Of a stretch of 51,527 bases of DNA, positions 1 through 13,745 are shown one piece after another. The stretch's first letter is position 1. Each line of letters starts with the position of its first letter. The notes beneath the pieces were generated by a model, which was not told the origin of the DNA, made no database searches, and worked only from the letters and a program-made list of their open reading frames with translations. The stretch covers positions 39,449-90,975 of the forward strand of contig MQRK01171752.1 of the NCBI GenBank assembly GCA_001938485.1. Direction: 5' to 3'. The stretch is from Girardia tigrina. Its lineage: Eukaryota. Both the position numbers and the translations under genes were made by a program.

Positions 1-356
1 CACATACATCAAAACCGGTTCGCGCCATGTTGGAGGAAATGAATTGGGAAGTTTTATCTCATGCGGCTTATTCACCAGACTTGGCTCCTTCAGATTACCA
101 TTTGTTTGCATCGATGGGTTACGCACTTGCTCAGCAGCGCTTTGATTCTTACGAAAATGTGCAAAATGGGTCGATGAATGGTTCATTGAAAAAAAGGAAG
201 ACTTTTACTGGCGAGGTATCCACAATTTGAGATATAGATGGGACAAATGTATCATTAGTAATGGAGCATATTTTGAATAAAGCTTTTTTATCGTTCTTTT
301 GTTTTTAACGTATTTCTTTTCAAAATTTAATCCGCATTTCATACTTGTACACCTAA
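1..356 (+). mobile_element. Mariner (mauritiana/Mos1-like) 3' end, frameshifted transposase
   Basis: WEVLSHAAYSPDLAPSDYHLFASM, then after a frameshift FYWRGIHNLRYRWDKCIISNGAYFE* (stop at 278-280). Right TIR CCGCATTTCATACTTGTACACCTAA followed by TA resembles the Mos1 TIR. Confidence 0.92.
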
Positions 357-2273
357 TAACATTCTTTATTTATTAAATTATTTTATTTCAGTCTAACTAG
401 TAATTTCTATTTTTGTAGGGTTACAATCTCCGCAACACTTATATCTTGACATTATCGTTACTTTAAAATTATAAGAAGTAATATAAAAAAGGCTTTATGT
501 ACAAAAAAGAAATAATAATTATTTTTTATTAATACTTTTTAAGATTATCATAATAATTCAAATTATTTTTGTACTTATAGTTTTAGTCCACCACTAATAA
601 TGTCAATAAAATTATATTGCAGATAGAATGACCCTATATAATATAATACATTAAAATCAGGAAGCTATTTTTACAAAAATTTCAGTAATTAATTTACTTT
701 TATTATTTGTTGCGTTGTAAAATACAATCAATTTAAAAAACAATCTATCAATCGTATATAACAATTCTTTATATTAATTTTTTATTAATCTTTCTTTTCT
801 TCTCAAATCGAATCGGTGTAAAAATAAATAAAATAAATATAAATATCAAATTATAAAGAAATCAACAATTTATTGTTAAAAATGCGCGCATAAAAATTCG
901 ATAGATAAAAAACACCAATTTTTATTGAAAAATGTTACAAAATAAATTTCAGTACAAATGACATTTGAATGTATTATCGAATAAACAAATTTGGTTCAGT
1001 GAAATCAACAGAATCGATCAAACAGATCAGAAACAAGTTCAAAAATTATTTTGAATAAAAAAATTAGGAATTTGAGATTTAAAATTAGATCTTTTCAACA
1101 ACCAATTTGAAATTTATTAAGTTTAAAAGACAGAAATTTATCATAGGCTCTTTTCATTAGGCATTAACACATAAAAATACACAGGAAAATTAATTAATAC
1201 TATCGTAGAAGCTGCTTTTATTCATTGTTAATTAGACATTCTGTCAAGAATTTTCCATCAAATGAAAATATTATTAGTAAGACCGAGAAAAGAAATTTTA
1301 TAATAATGATGAACCTTATATATACTTACTAAGACGCAAATCAATCTAGATATTATAAGAAATGAGTACCACATGAAGCATATCAGGATGGACTGTTAAA
1401 GAGAAAAATCATTCCTGTATTATCTATAATCCTTTTAGGGACATTATCAACTATACGACCAAATCCCAGTAAAACGGCAAGTATTTAAATGAGTTACAAT
1501 TGAAACGTACATCACGCAAATATGAAGAGGATGTTAAATATTTTACCAATTATTGATGCAATTCTACTTGAAATTGATAACAAAAATACTTGTATGTCAA
1601 AAATAACCTCTCCAAAGATCGCTGCATAATTTATGTAATTTATACAGTACAAAAATTCCGAGTAAGAAGATCAATGTTATTAAGACTTATTCGATAACAC
1701 AAATAACACTATTATAGAAAGAACTATTTTCTCAAAATTAAAAATCTAAACTCTGATATAGTAGAAGTATGGAACATTAAAATTGTTTTCCATATGATTA
1801 AAAGTACCCTCAAAATTTAATATTCTACGTACGTCTTTCTAAACATAGTGTAACAATATTTAAAGTGGTTCAACTCAAAACGGTTTTTTACAAGAACTAT
1901 TTGTATATATAATTAAAAGTGTGTGTAATATGTTGAAAATTGAAACAAAAATTGAAACAAATGAAAAATTGATCTGAAAGTAACAAAATAGAACAAAAGA
2001 ATATAAAATTTAATTTCTGTCAATACATATGAATTAAAAATATTTTAGTGTTTATTGCTACTAATTATTAAAAAAAATATTAATTTTTAAAATTATTTTT
2101 ACTAATTATTAAATTTTTAATTAACTACTTTCAGTATGGTTACATCATGTTTAGATAGAGGCATGAAGGCTTTTTGTAAGAAACTTACAATAACAAAAAT
2201 CCTAGAAAAAACCTCTGATCATTTTTGTTTCTATAACTATATTAGGTTTTAATATTTATGAAAATAAATGAAT

Positions 2274-2276
<3 letters not shown>

Positions 2277-2314
<38 letters not shown>
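2277..2314. repeat. (TA)n microsatellite
   Basis: Direct inspection. Confidence 0.95.
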
Positions 2315-2322
<8 letters not shown>

Positions 2323-2350
2323 TTAAATACTTTTTACTAAAAATGTTAGA

Positions 2351-3010
2351 TGTGAGGAATATTTTGAATGTTTAATGTTTTGTGTTTGAATGTGTATGTT
2401 GATTTGGAAATGAGTCTCTCCTACTCAGATGGATGATTAATATTTGAATTCTTATTATCTAAAAATATGTAATGTTTAAATTTATTTTTAATTTCAAATA
2501 ATTTTACAATTTTAAATAAGTTAATTATTTTACAATTTTTAATAAATAAATCAAATTAATATTTTTTAAATAATTCATTATCATTTTAATTATTATCCAA
2601 TAAGTTTTGAGTAAATATTTTAATAAAATATTTATTTCTCCATTTGCTAAAAAATAATAAGAATTAATTCATTAATCAATTTAGTGTAGAATGCAATCGT
2701 ACGAAAGCTTTGACAAAGATTGTCGCAAGAACAATCAAAATTGTTTTTTAAATAAAAATATGAAAACTCAAATTGCTGTTCTTAATATTAGATATGATGA
2801 TTTTGATATCTTTTTGTTCAGTATATAGAATATATATGAATAGAATAGTAATATTGTAAATAATTTTTATTGTTTTAATAAATAAAAAAAAAGTTTAAGT
2901 CATTATGTTTTTAGACAAATCTGTTCTCTCAGTGGAAGATCCACCTAATGATGTTCTGATAAGAACGAAACATGTCATTAATTGTAAAATAATAAATGGT
3001 TTAATTAACA
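2351..3010 (+). repeat. Dispersed repeat, probable Penelope-like pseudo-LTR or solo relic with a degenerate hammerhead motif
   Basis: TGTGAGGAATATTTTGAATG...CTCTCCTACTCAGATGG recurs at ~15253-15328, and its first part at ~35757. CTAATGA-T-GTTCT-GATA-AGAAC-GAAA-CATGTC at 2945-2976. Confidence 0.5.
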
Positions 3011-3030
3011 CACACATATATATATATATA

Positions 3031-3361
3031 CAGAGGTTTTTAAGGCCATTTTGGGTGTACAATGTACACCCAACTTTTGTAGATGTACACCTAAAAATTT
3101 GGCTATTTATAGGTAAAGCAGGGGTTCATTAAAAATACACACGCTACTACACCACCCCCTCTCTTTCCCTCTTGCACATACACGCTCCTACATAATAATT
3201 GTATACTTATATAATAAGTAAAGACATTCCTTTGTTCTTAACCCTTTAAATCCATTGTACATTTGTGATGTAACAATTTTTAAGTGAAAAATAAATCTGT
3301 TATATTGAACACCCACATTTTCTTAGGTTACACCCAGCTGGAAACCTTAAAAAATACCCTA
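3031..3361. mobile_element. Small non-autonomous DNA transposon (hAT-like MITE)
   Basis: Imperfect TIRs CAGAGGTTTTTAAGG / CCTTAAAAAATACCCT, repeated subterminal TACACC motifs, inserted in a (TA)n run. Confidence 0.65.
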
Positions 3362-5191
3362 TATATATATAATTTTTCAATAAGATCATTTTAGAGATCG
3401 TAATTCTTTTATTGAATTTAGAAGATTATTTTATTTTCATTTATATCAAATAAATTAAAGGTTATATTTTCAATAAAATCATCTTTGAAAATTTGATCAT
3501 GGGTGTTTCAATGTTTTCCTTACATCATCCTCCGCAATAAAACAAATAAATCAATTAAATTAAAAGGATAACAAATACTACATAATATATAATGATTATA
3601 TGTTAATTTTAAGTAAAATATATTAATTTCAATAAATTTTTACATATTTTTATTAAATTTTATATAATTTTTATTATTTAATCAGACTTATATTATTTAT
3701 TTTTTTTCTAAATTTATGAATCAGTTTATAATTCATTAGTTCCACAAAAAATATAAACTAAATAAATTTCCTTAAAATTAAATATCAGAAAATATAGTAA
3801 TTTAAGATATTTTCGTAAAAATCTTTCATAAGACAATGATTAAAAGCAATTTAATACCCAGACTTTGATATGAGACATACAAATAATGATTCGGATTATT
3901 TATTAATAATGAAGGATTACATTTCGTGTCTATTTTCCTATGAAATCGCAACCCTCACATTTATCAATTTTAGTCACAGAGTTTCATAAACTATTTTTCT
4001 GAATTTCAATAAAAAATAATATATCTACTAATGTTCATTTTACAGCTTTACAAATTCTAAAACAAAAACTTGTCTACCTAATTTTAAAATATAAGCGACG
4101 AAAAAAGAATTACAAATTAATAAAAACAAAGACTTGAAAGATTTACTAATGTAAATTTAAATTATAGACATAGTTTATAAATGTTAGATGCGTGTACATT
4201 TTTGTAATTTTATCAAGGTGAAAATTCGAAATAAAACTTAAATATTTGAATTGTATCTTAAATAAAGTATTCCGTACGAATTTTTCATTAACTTCTTCAA
4301 AATAATTCTTTAATTTGACATGAATCTTAAAATAATATTGTAAAAATTATATTAAGGATAAATGTAATGAATTTCAAGGATATCGAAAAGTCTAAGGGGA
4401 AAACGATAACTTTGACAGCCACATTTAATTACCAATAAATCCAGTGCCCATAGATAACCGAGCGGTCAAATGGGCACATTTTCCTACCGGTATTTTTCTC
4501 ACAAAATTATTTCATCTGCACATTTAATTACCCTTAAAAATATTCCCCGTCGCAAAATAACGTTCAAATATTCGATTCAATACTTATTTACCAATAAATA
4601 ATAAAAAAAGGAATCAGTATAAGTTATTTCGGAACAATATTTCTAAAAAAGTTAACAAATTCAATAAGAAAAATTATAATCAAAAATTTTATTCGTTGAA
4701 TTTTAAAGAGAATTTACTGAAATCATTTAAGAAGAAACTTGTTTCAAAAAGTAAAAAAGCAATTATTTATTCTATTTGCTATGAGAAAAAGATTTTTTTA
4801 CTCAATACCTTCATTCATTAACAAATATGAAAATTACGCTTTTTACTGTTTACATTAGCAGTAAAGTGTTTTCAACATTTTTAAATAAATGAAAAGAAAT
4901 AAAATATGAACAATCACTTATAATTTAATTTCTGTTTTAATCGAGATTTCAGGCAAAGTATAAACTATATTTTAATATATTTGCATTTACTGAGACTGGT
5001 TAGAATAAAATAATAAATTTATGAGGTGATAAACCTGAAATACTTTTTGGTAAAGGTATTCATGTAATTTTTTTGCTCGTTATTTTTGCGTAAACTTTTA
5101 CTGAATAAGACTATTAAATATATAAATTTACTAGTATAAGTGTAAATTAAATTAATTATGCATAATTTTACTAAAATCTCTAATATGTGTA

Positions 5192-6862
5192 CAGTGTTGA
5201 AAAAGTCTTTTGACAGTGCACTTTTTTGCGATTTTTAGTGAAAATATATTACCAAAAACAGTTTTTCAACCCAAGTTTTTTAATACTAACTTATAAACGT
5301 ATATTTTATCTATTTTAAGTAAAGAATTAATAGAGTGAGACTATTTAAGGATATTATGTGAGCATACATAATGCTTACATAATAATATGTATGCATGGCC
5401 ATGTATACACATGTGAATATACTCTTATATGTACAGTGCATGCAAAATAAGCTGCGTCACTTGTATTGCATATGATGCATTATCCTTCTTTCTTCTCTCA
5501 TCAACCAATCAAATCGCGAATTTTTTTTGCTATTCCTGGAAAACAAGTTGACCAAGAAATTCGAGGTGCTATTATAGCCTTATACTGCAATACAAGTCTA
5601 TTCAACAAGATAAATTGCAGTTCAGTGTGGAATTTCCCATCAATCTGTTGCCAATACATGTTAATCTGTTGTCAAAAGATATGAATCCGAGGGAAATACT
5701 TCAATTAAAACAAGATCAGACACGCCTAAAGCAACCACGCCCCGAGTTGATACACTAATAAGAAGGCAAGTAGTGAAGAATTCCTTTATTACTTCTGCCC
5801 AAATCAAGCGCAATCTGGCAGTGCAGTGCAGCAATGTTACTACACGTACAATAAGAAATCGCCTGTGCAAGGAATTCAAAATGCCAGCTCGTAAAGCTGT
5901 AAAAAACCAATCATTACAAGTGCAATGAGAAAGAAGCGACAAAAATTATACGATTGAACAGTGGAAAAAGGTCATGTTCAGTGATGAAAGCTCATTCCAA
6001 ATCAACAATTGCCCCAATCAGATAGTTCGAAGACCAGTTGGCTCATCATCGGTGAACCCAAGGTACACAAAGAAGACTAGCAAGCATCCAGCTTCTGTCA
6101 TGGTTTGGGGCTGTTTTTCCCTCAATGGCCGAGGGGGGCTTACACTTCTCAATTCAAACCAAAGACTCAATACTGATGGTTATATCAAGATTTTAGAAGA
6201 GAAGTTGGCTCATTTTATGTGCGTCCATGATTGTACAATTTTCCAGCAAGAATGTGCCCCTTGCCATTGTTCAAAAAAGGCGCTGAAATGGTTTCAGGAC
6301 AACAACATTAAGATGCTTGACTGGCCATCCAACAGCCCAGACCTGAATCCAATTGAACATCTGTGGTCCAACATGAAGAGGAAACTCAGTGAGATCGAGA
6401 TAACATCTATAAGTCAATTAAAAGAGGAAATCAAACGGGTATTGTGCCTAGAGACCACTGCAGAGGAGTGCCAGAAACTTGCTGAGAGCATGCCATGCCG
6501 TATCGAAGCTGTTATCCGAAACAGAGGGTACCCAAACAAATATTGAACTTGATTGGCTTAAACTATGATTCTTTAACCCATTTTATCAATTCCTGTTACT
6601 ATTTTATTCATTTTATGCCATATTATCCTGATTAACTTTTAGCTTGATATTTTATCGTTTTTAAATAAAAGTGTATCATTCAATGATATTCTCTCTTTTG
6701 ATTGAAATTAAAAAATCCTGGTATTAAATCTTTACTTAAAATAGATAAAATATACGTTTATAAGGTTGTATTAAAAATTGGGTTGAAAAACTGTTTTTGG
6801 TAATATATTTTCACTAAAAATCGCAAAAAAGTGCACTGTCAAAAGACTTTTTTCCAGCACTG
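5192..6862 (+). mobile_element. Full-length Tc1 (DD34E-type) element with ~140-bp TIRs, inactivated
   Basis: TA|CAGTG...CACTG|TA; TIRs 5192-5332 and 6722-6862. Transposase runs from ~5532 (start mutated, frameshifts in the HTH region) to 6546. Confidence 0.95.
5532..6546 (+). pseudogene. Tc1 transposase pseudogene (catalytic part open 5974-6546)
   Basis: WKKVMFSDES, VMVWGCFS, FQQECAPCH (second D changed to E), WPSNSPDLNPIEHLW, SMPCRIEAVIRNRGYPNKY*. Confidence 0.93.
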
Positions 6863-9800
6863 TATTTACTAAGTTCATGCTTTTTATAGATTAAATAACG
6901 TTAATTAAATAATCAATTAAATAACGTTTTTGTATCACTAAAATTTGAGACATATTATCAAGTTTTTAGTACATACTTTACCATGACCGATTAACTAAAA
7001 TTGAAAGTAGAAATATGTATCTAGAACAATATTATTGAAATATCGAAACATCGAATGGCTGCTGATGACCAAAGACGATAGAAACAATCCCGTAAAACTT
7101 TTCTTAAGTTGCTTATAATAAACATAATCTTTTAGTTGTACATAATACATGATAATATTTCTTTTGATAAACTTTTTCATTTATGATATATCCTTTGTAT
7201 TACTTGTTATGACAACACTGATTGAAATATTATCAAGCTATTAAAACTAAAAAAATAAATAGATTAATTTTAAGTAGACATTTTTTCAGTAAAATTATAT
7301 TTATTTATTATTAAAAATATTAATTATTAAAATGAACAAAAATTTTAATCTTTTAATTTAATTATCTTAAATTTAATAAAAAGAAAAGTATTATTATTTT
7401 TGTCATTATTCACTTTGGAAAATCAATTTACTTAATAGAAATAAAACTTGCAATATATAAATTTCTAACAGAATAATTATTTAATTTTGAAAAAAAATAA
7501 TTTAAAAATATTTTTCTAAAAACTAGAATTCATTTTAAGAAAAAACATAATAATCTAAAATTAATTTTAGCCTTTTTGAAACAATGGATTTTTTTAATTT
7601 TTGACTATAAAATAAAATTGCATATGTTGCACATCAACAAGGAAAATTTTCATGTAAGTGAATTTTATTATTCTGAAATTATATCAAAAAAAGATTTTAC
7701 TAATAGAAATAACTTAGTTATATTGCACCATGAAAAAATTAACTTTGAAAAGATAAATCATACAAATAAATATTTTTAAAATAAATAAGTTTATTAATAA
7801 AAAGAAAACACTAACAAAAAGTACATTAAAATATCAATTTGACTTTTTATAATAAATAAAAACTTGAATAAACTAAAATTTGTCACATGGCTGTCCATCG
7901 TGAATATTGACCTTTGTGAAATAAACAATAACTTAATCTTGAAAGTCGGTATCATTTAATTATAAAGCAGTGAAGTATCCTTCCAATTTTGATAATTATC
8001 ACATATTTAATGTCCAATACATCCAATACATCCAATACAACTTAGTACCTAGTTTATTATTAAGGAAAACGGTCATATACATTGAATCCATAATTAAATT
8101 ACATGTGCTAAAGATAAAGAATATTAAAGTTTTAAAACGGTGGAAAATATTAAAAACACTGAATTAGTGACTTAAAAAGAAATTAAAGGATACAAAACGC
8201 CGAAAATCCAAAATATTTCAAAGATTACTGGAAAAAAAATCTTCTTTTTGTATGTGAAATATATTTGATGATTATTATATTTTAAATATACAAAAAATAT
8301 AAATAATTTTGAGAATGAAATTAGTTATATATTTGTATTGAAATATTATATTCCATTTTACCACATTTTATGATGATACAAATCTATAGATATTTATATT
8401 ATAAGAAAGTTTTTCCAGTAGTAAATAAATCTCAAAGTTTTTTTGCAATTAATTAATAATAATTGGTAAACAAAAGAATCAGTTCAACAATTGAGGTCAA
8501 TTTATATTTATAATCAATTAATAAAAAAATATACAAACTTTTAGTTAACATATTTATTTGTTATCCATATTAAAATTATGATAATAATTATTATGTTGCA
8601 GTATACTAATACTAATGACATAATTATTAAAAAAAACATCAATGTTAATGTGAAGAAAAATCAAAGTAAAAATTATTTCAAGAACGAAAATAAATTATAA
8701 ATGTCTTAGATACCTTTATAAGAAAATAAAAAACAAAAAATAGAATTGATATATAACTTTTAACAAACTTTAAATGCACTTCAATGCAAATTTATCTTTT
8801 ACATATGCATTAAACATTGATAAAAATATTTATAAATATAATTATAATACTTGAGTACTTCAAAAAAATATTTGTTTGCATATATTTTCTTCAAAATATT
8901 AAATATTTATGTTTTATTATAAAACATTTTCATAACAGAATATTGAATTTGTACAAAATGATTTCAGTGCTTCAATTAAATACTTGTATTCGAACTTCTT
9001 TTTACTAAAAATATAAAGTAATTTCTCATTGGCATTTATATTAATGAAGAAAAAAATAATTATATAAGACATTTAAAATATTTTAGAAAAAAGGAAAATT
9101 TATTCCAACATAATTTATAACATTTTTAAAAATAAAGAATAATGACATTTATGATTCATGATTTTTGGTTCAAATAAAAAATCTTTCTAATAATTAGAGA
9201 AATAAATTAACTGAAATTTATCAAATAATATTTTCTGATTGTCAAATGAAAATTAAATATAATAATAAAAAAATAATATCTAAGCAAAGACAAAATAAAT
9301 AGCGTCATAATTGTAAAAATTAAGACCTCATTGAACTGTTAAAACAAAAAAACTTAATAAAACAAATGATGGATCAAATACTGATGGATCGATCAACACA
9401 TTTGATCCAGTGGTATTAAATACGATTTATACTGGTTCAAGTCGTGATTCTAAATATGCAACTGAAATATTCCAAAGATTGTTATTCTTCGTTTCTTGGT
9501 TTAACTCTTAATTATCGCAGAGATTATTTAAAAAGCAAATTTGGATTCACAAATTAGTTAATTGATAAAAAACAATTTAATAATATAAAATATTAATATC
9601 ACTCTTTTATTTAATTATTTTCGAAATTAGGAAAATGAACAATGAATTTGATTTTTTCTAAGCACCTCACAAACACAGCACGAGCACTCATGTCCCAATT
9701 TATATAATAAATGAAGGTCATAAACCAAAGAAATGAAAATAAAACAATAACTGAAGAAAGAAGATTAGATGATTAGTTTGTATTTTCATTCACCAGCAGT

Positions 9801-9920
9801 GAGATTCGAATCAATATTTTGAATGTCTTTCAAAAGAATAGCAGAAAAAAATAGTATATATATATATATATTCATAAGGTACATAAAGAAAAATGGTAAC
9901 TTTTTAAAATATTCAAAAAC

Positions 9921-10365
9921 AAAATTTGGATCTGAAAAATTTATTATTTTAAAATTTAACTTTCCTTGCGATATATTTCGGTGGATTTTCCATCATCTTT
10001 AGGCAAAATTTTCAAAAAGTGTACTACTTAATATATATGTAAAACTTATCCTTTGAAGCAGAAGAGATTCAATTTTTAGAATGTAACCAATGATAAAGAA
10101 TCTTACTGGCTCTACTAGATTTATTTTTGAAGTTTACTTATTTAAATATTTTTAATATTTTCAACAGTGAATCGGTTACCTCTGTTGGTTTGTGCTAAAC
10201 TCTGGTTTAAAATTTTAAATGCAATGAATAGTACGTAAATTACATTTAATGACTGAATTTCGTATTTTGGCTACGGATCCACTAATCCAATTTCAAGTAC
10301 ACTAGTAGTGATATATTAGAACATAGGCAAATTTAAAATTAATAAATTTTTCAGATCCAAATTGC
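9921..10365 (-). mobile_element. Highly decayed Penelope-like relic with inverted ends and degenerate hammerhead
   Basis: ~35-bp inverted repeat (AATTTGGATCTGAAAAATTTATTA at ~9923 / TAATAAATTTTTCAGATCCAAATT at ~10340). Minus-strand CTAAAGA-TGATGG-AAAAT-CCACC-GAAA-TATATC at 10002-9970. Traces LCSNI and LKIESLLL resemble the GIY-YIG of the 15.7-kb copy. Confidence 0.6.
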
Positions 10366-13300
10366 GTGTTTATGAACAGACCAATTTCCAGACAGAATGT
10401 ATGGTCATCATATGATATGAACATCGAATAATATAAAACAGTAACAATAAGGACTAATCCATTTACTTTAATCTTGCAGGTAAGTCATAAAACTTCCTCA
10501 TTGTTACTATACTAAATCAATCGTTGACGATGATTAAACAAATGACTCTATAGAATCGTTTCACTGTTTTTATCATTTTTCTTCCATTAACATTTTTCTT
10601 TCAGTCCTTTTATCGATTATTTGTGTTTTTATTCTATAGTTTATTAAAATTATCTTAATGTTCAATTGATTATATAATATTTGTTTTGGAAATATATAAC
10701 AATGTTAAAAACGTGTCTGATTCAAGAACAAAATATATGTTATCTTTTTGAACATAAATATTATTATCTTATAATTACCAACAATAATTATTTTTATCAA
10801 CATTATTAATGAGTTTATAGTATCGACGGTTTAAACATTTATCCATCAGACTTGGGACGGATTTCGACTTAATAACCTAATCTTCAATTAATACGATAAG
10901 ATTTGCATATTTTACTATTTGAAACAAGTCTTTTGGTAATTTGTAGCTTTATTATTAATAATTTTGAAATTTTTCACGATGCGTAAAATAATTATCTCCA
11001 AAAATAAAGCAATTCAATCGAAGCTATCCAAAAAACCTTGAGATTATCTCATATTGATTTCCAGACCTTCAGAGTGTAAAGTTTACCTATTTATTTAATT
11101 GGAATAAAAATAGTTTACATAAAACTATTCATAAAACCAATAATCATTATATATATACCATTTAGATTTAATGACAATTTATTCATAAAAAAGTAAAGAA
11201 AATACGCCATTTTATTAATTTCTATATAATTTTTTTTAGAATAGCTGAATACACCAAATTGATTAGGAATGGCTCAGTTCACATTAAAAAATGTAGAAAT
11301 AAAGATAAAGGTAACTATGAAACTGAATTTACAGTCTTGAAGAAAATTTTTTACATATATCATGAGCAGATAGTCACTGATAATAAATAAATTAAAACCA
11401 AGCTTATATGTTCAAAGTGTCCAATCATAATAAAAAAATTGACTATAAAAAAAGAAAAATTGTGTAATACTCCTAAACCTACAAACTCTGGTTTCAATTT
11501 AAGTAAAAATATGAAAAAATAACTCATACCAACGGTGTTCGAAATAATAATTTTTTAAGTCAAAGGCAACAAAACTTTCTTCCATAATTATATTTGCATC
11601 TTTTGAAATAAATGCTGTCTGATTTAAAGCAGTTAAATTGAAATTAATTACTAGCTATAATACGAAAACGGTAAAGTTATCGAAGCTATCCGCATCTGCA
11701 TTTCAAAACAGTGGAACGGAGCGCTCATCTCGAACAATATCTACAAGCCACTCACAATCAACTAGCACAAATGCCACGCTTTATGATTTTTTATTTTGAA
11801 CAAATAGAAACTTTTCAACTTCAACTTTTGTTTAGTTAGAAAATAATGATTCACATTATAAAGATTAATTGTTACTCATTTATTAGACTTCGAAATTCTT
11901 AAAAATAACAATTCAGTATTGAAAGGTAAATACAAAAATATACATAAACATTAAAAGGTCTCGATTATAACAATAAGTATTTTAAATATTAGACTGAAAT
12001 TCTGAATACTGTATAGTTGTTGAATCTGAAGTAAGTCATGTTTCTTCCATCACTTGACTGTCTTTCGAGTCACGAACAAGGCCACGCATGACTCATTTCG
12101 AGTCACACCTGATGACTTCCAATAGAATCAGTGATTCATGATATATGACCATCAAATTTCAGTTAAGTACAACAAACTAAATTTTTAAGTCATTTCACCA
12201 AATATATTTCTTAAATGGGGCATCACAAATTTCATTTATAAAAAAATATTTTTGCCTAAAATTAGTATTAGAGCGTGTGTTTCCGTTGTGTCGTTTTACG
12301 AAATCAAATCAATCGATCGGGATATTTTATTTCGAGACTTTATTGTCCCTACACCACATGGCATAGTACTTCACACCATTCCATTGTAGATAGTGGTCAC
12401 TTTATCCATTTCTAAGTGGTATAGAGCCAATGTGTTCCTCCACGAAACAGTTGACTCAGTCCCCATGTAAACAAAAGACTGTCGTTCCATATTTGTGGCA
12501 GGTGTAACACCAATCAACAAATTTGTTAGCAATTCTAGACATGGATATTTATATTAAACGATATGGGAGACTTGTCTTACAATTCCTTCAATTATTCTAA
12601 AGTTACATTTGTATAGTCATTTTTCTAGTAAACAAATATTAGTAAATAAAAAATCATAATCTAAAAAGAAGGTATATTCGTACGAATAGATATAATACAC
12701 TTGTTTCAATTCACAAATATCAACATTTATAGTCGTTGAAAACTTATGTCTTGAGAACAGATTATTGGTTAAATGAGACTCTGTCGATTTCAGTAAACCA
12801 GTATGGAATTGTCTAAACAAGTATATGTACACATGACACTTGTTTGTTTCATTTGTCATTTTGATATTTTGTGACCGTTTGGTCGAAGGCGTCGTTATTC
12901 ATAGCTTGTGTGAAGTGTTTTAAAAGAAATAAATGATGAACCTAAAGCTTTAAATTACAAATAAAATTAGCTGAAATTATTTAATGAACATTGAATATCA
13001 CTTTTTCAAGAATAACTTTAGCTTCAAAGGACAAATATTTTTGCATATTCCCTGCGCCTTGATTTTGATGAAAACGCTTTTAATTTCCCATAATATAAAT
13101 ATTAATTTTTATGAGGTTAATTCGAAAAAATTAATCATTTAGCTTTCAGAAAACTTAATGATACTGGGTAGATCTTTCTGTTCTGCTTTATTAAATTTGT
13201 TGTCTTCGGCCTTAACACTTCCATAACAAATGGATATCTTACATAGATGTATGGAAAGATGAGTCTTCGACAATCAATGATGAATCTTCGAGAAATAACC

Positions 13301-13419
13301 AAATACATTTTGGTGATGCTGCTTCGCACCAATCATTGTAAACTCTTGCTAACAAGTCAAAATACTGAAATCCATATATAAAAATGTTTGAATGTGTATA
13401 AATGTTTAAATGTGTGACA

Positions 13420-13745
13420 TATTATGAAAAATAAAGTTGTTAGCCGCTATACAACAAGTTTTAACAACTTAGAGGAAGTCCTTCATCATGTTTGGTGTAT
13501 TAACATTACAAGTGTCTAATCACAAAATTACTAATTGGTCTGTATTATGCCAAAACGAATCCGCGATGTCTTGAAAAATACCGTTCAATCCATGAAATAC
13601 TAATAAATTATACTATCAATGGTTAATTAATCACAGTTTTGGTAATGTTTACATGTTATTATTCCTTTGTCATAGATGTTATGAATGTATTAAAATACAT
13701 TGTTTTGAACTACATGAGTCCAGAGACTTCTCGTCCACAGCACTA
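13420..13745 (+). mobile_element. Tc1 3' fragment
   Basis: LEEVLHHVWC...MPKRIRDVLKNTVQSMKY* (stop 13601-13603), followed by a terminus ...CAGCACTA|TA. Confidence 0.75.

Noticed and set aside
1200-1730. Hydrophobic minus-strand frames resembling a membrane protein
   Set aside because: Multiple stops and no recognisable motif; T-rich DNA yields hydrophobic translations by chance.
4395-4560. MULE-like terminus with repeated CACATTTAATTACC
   Set aside because: I found no partner inverted repeat or TSD, so the element cannot be delimited.
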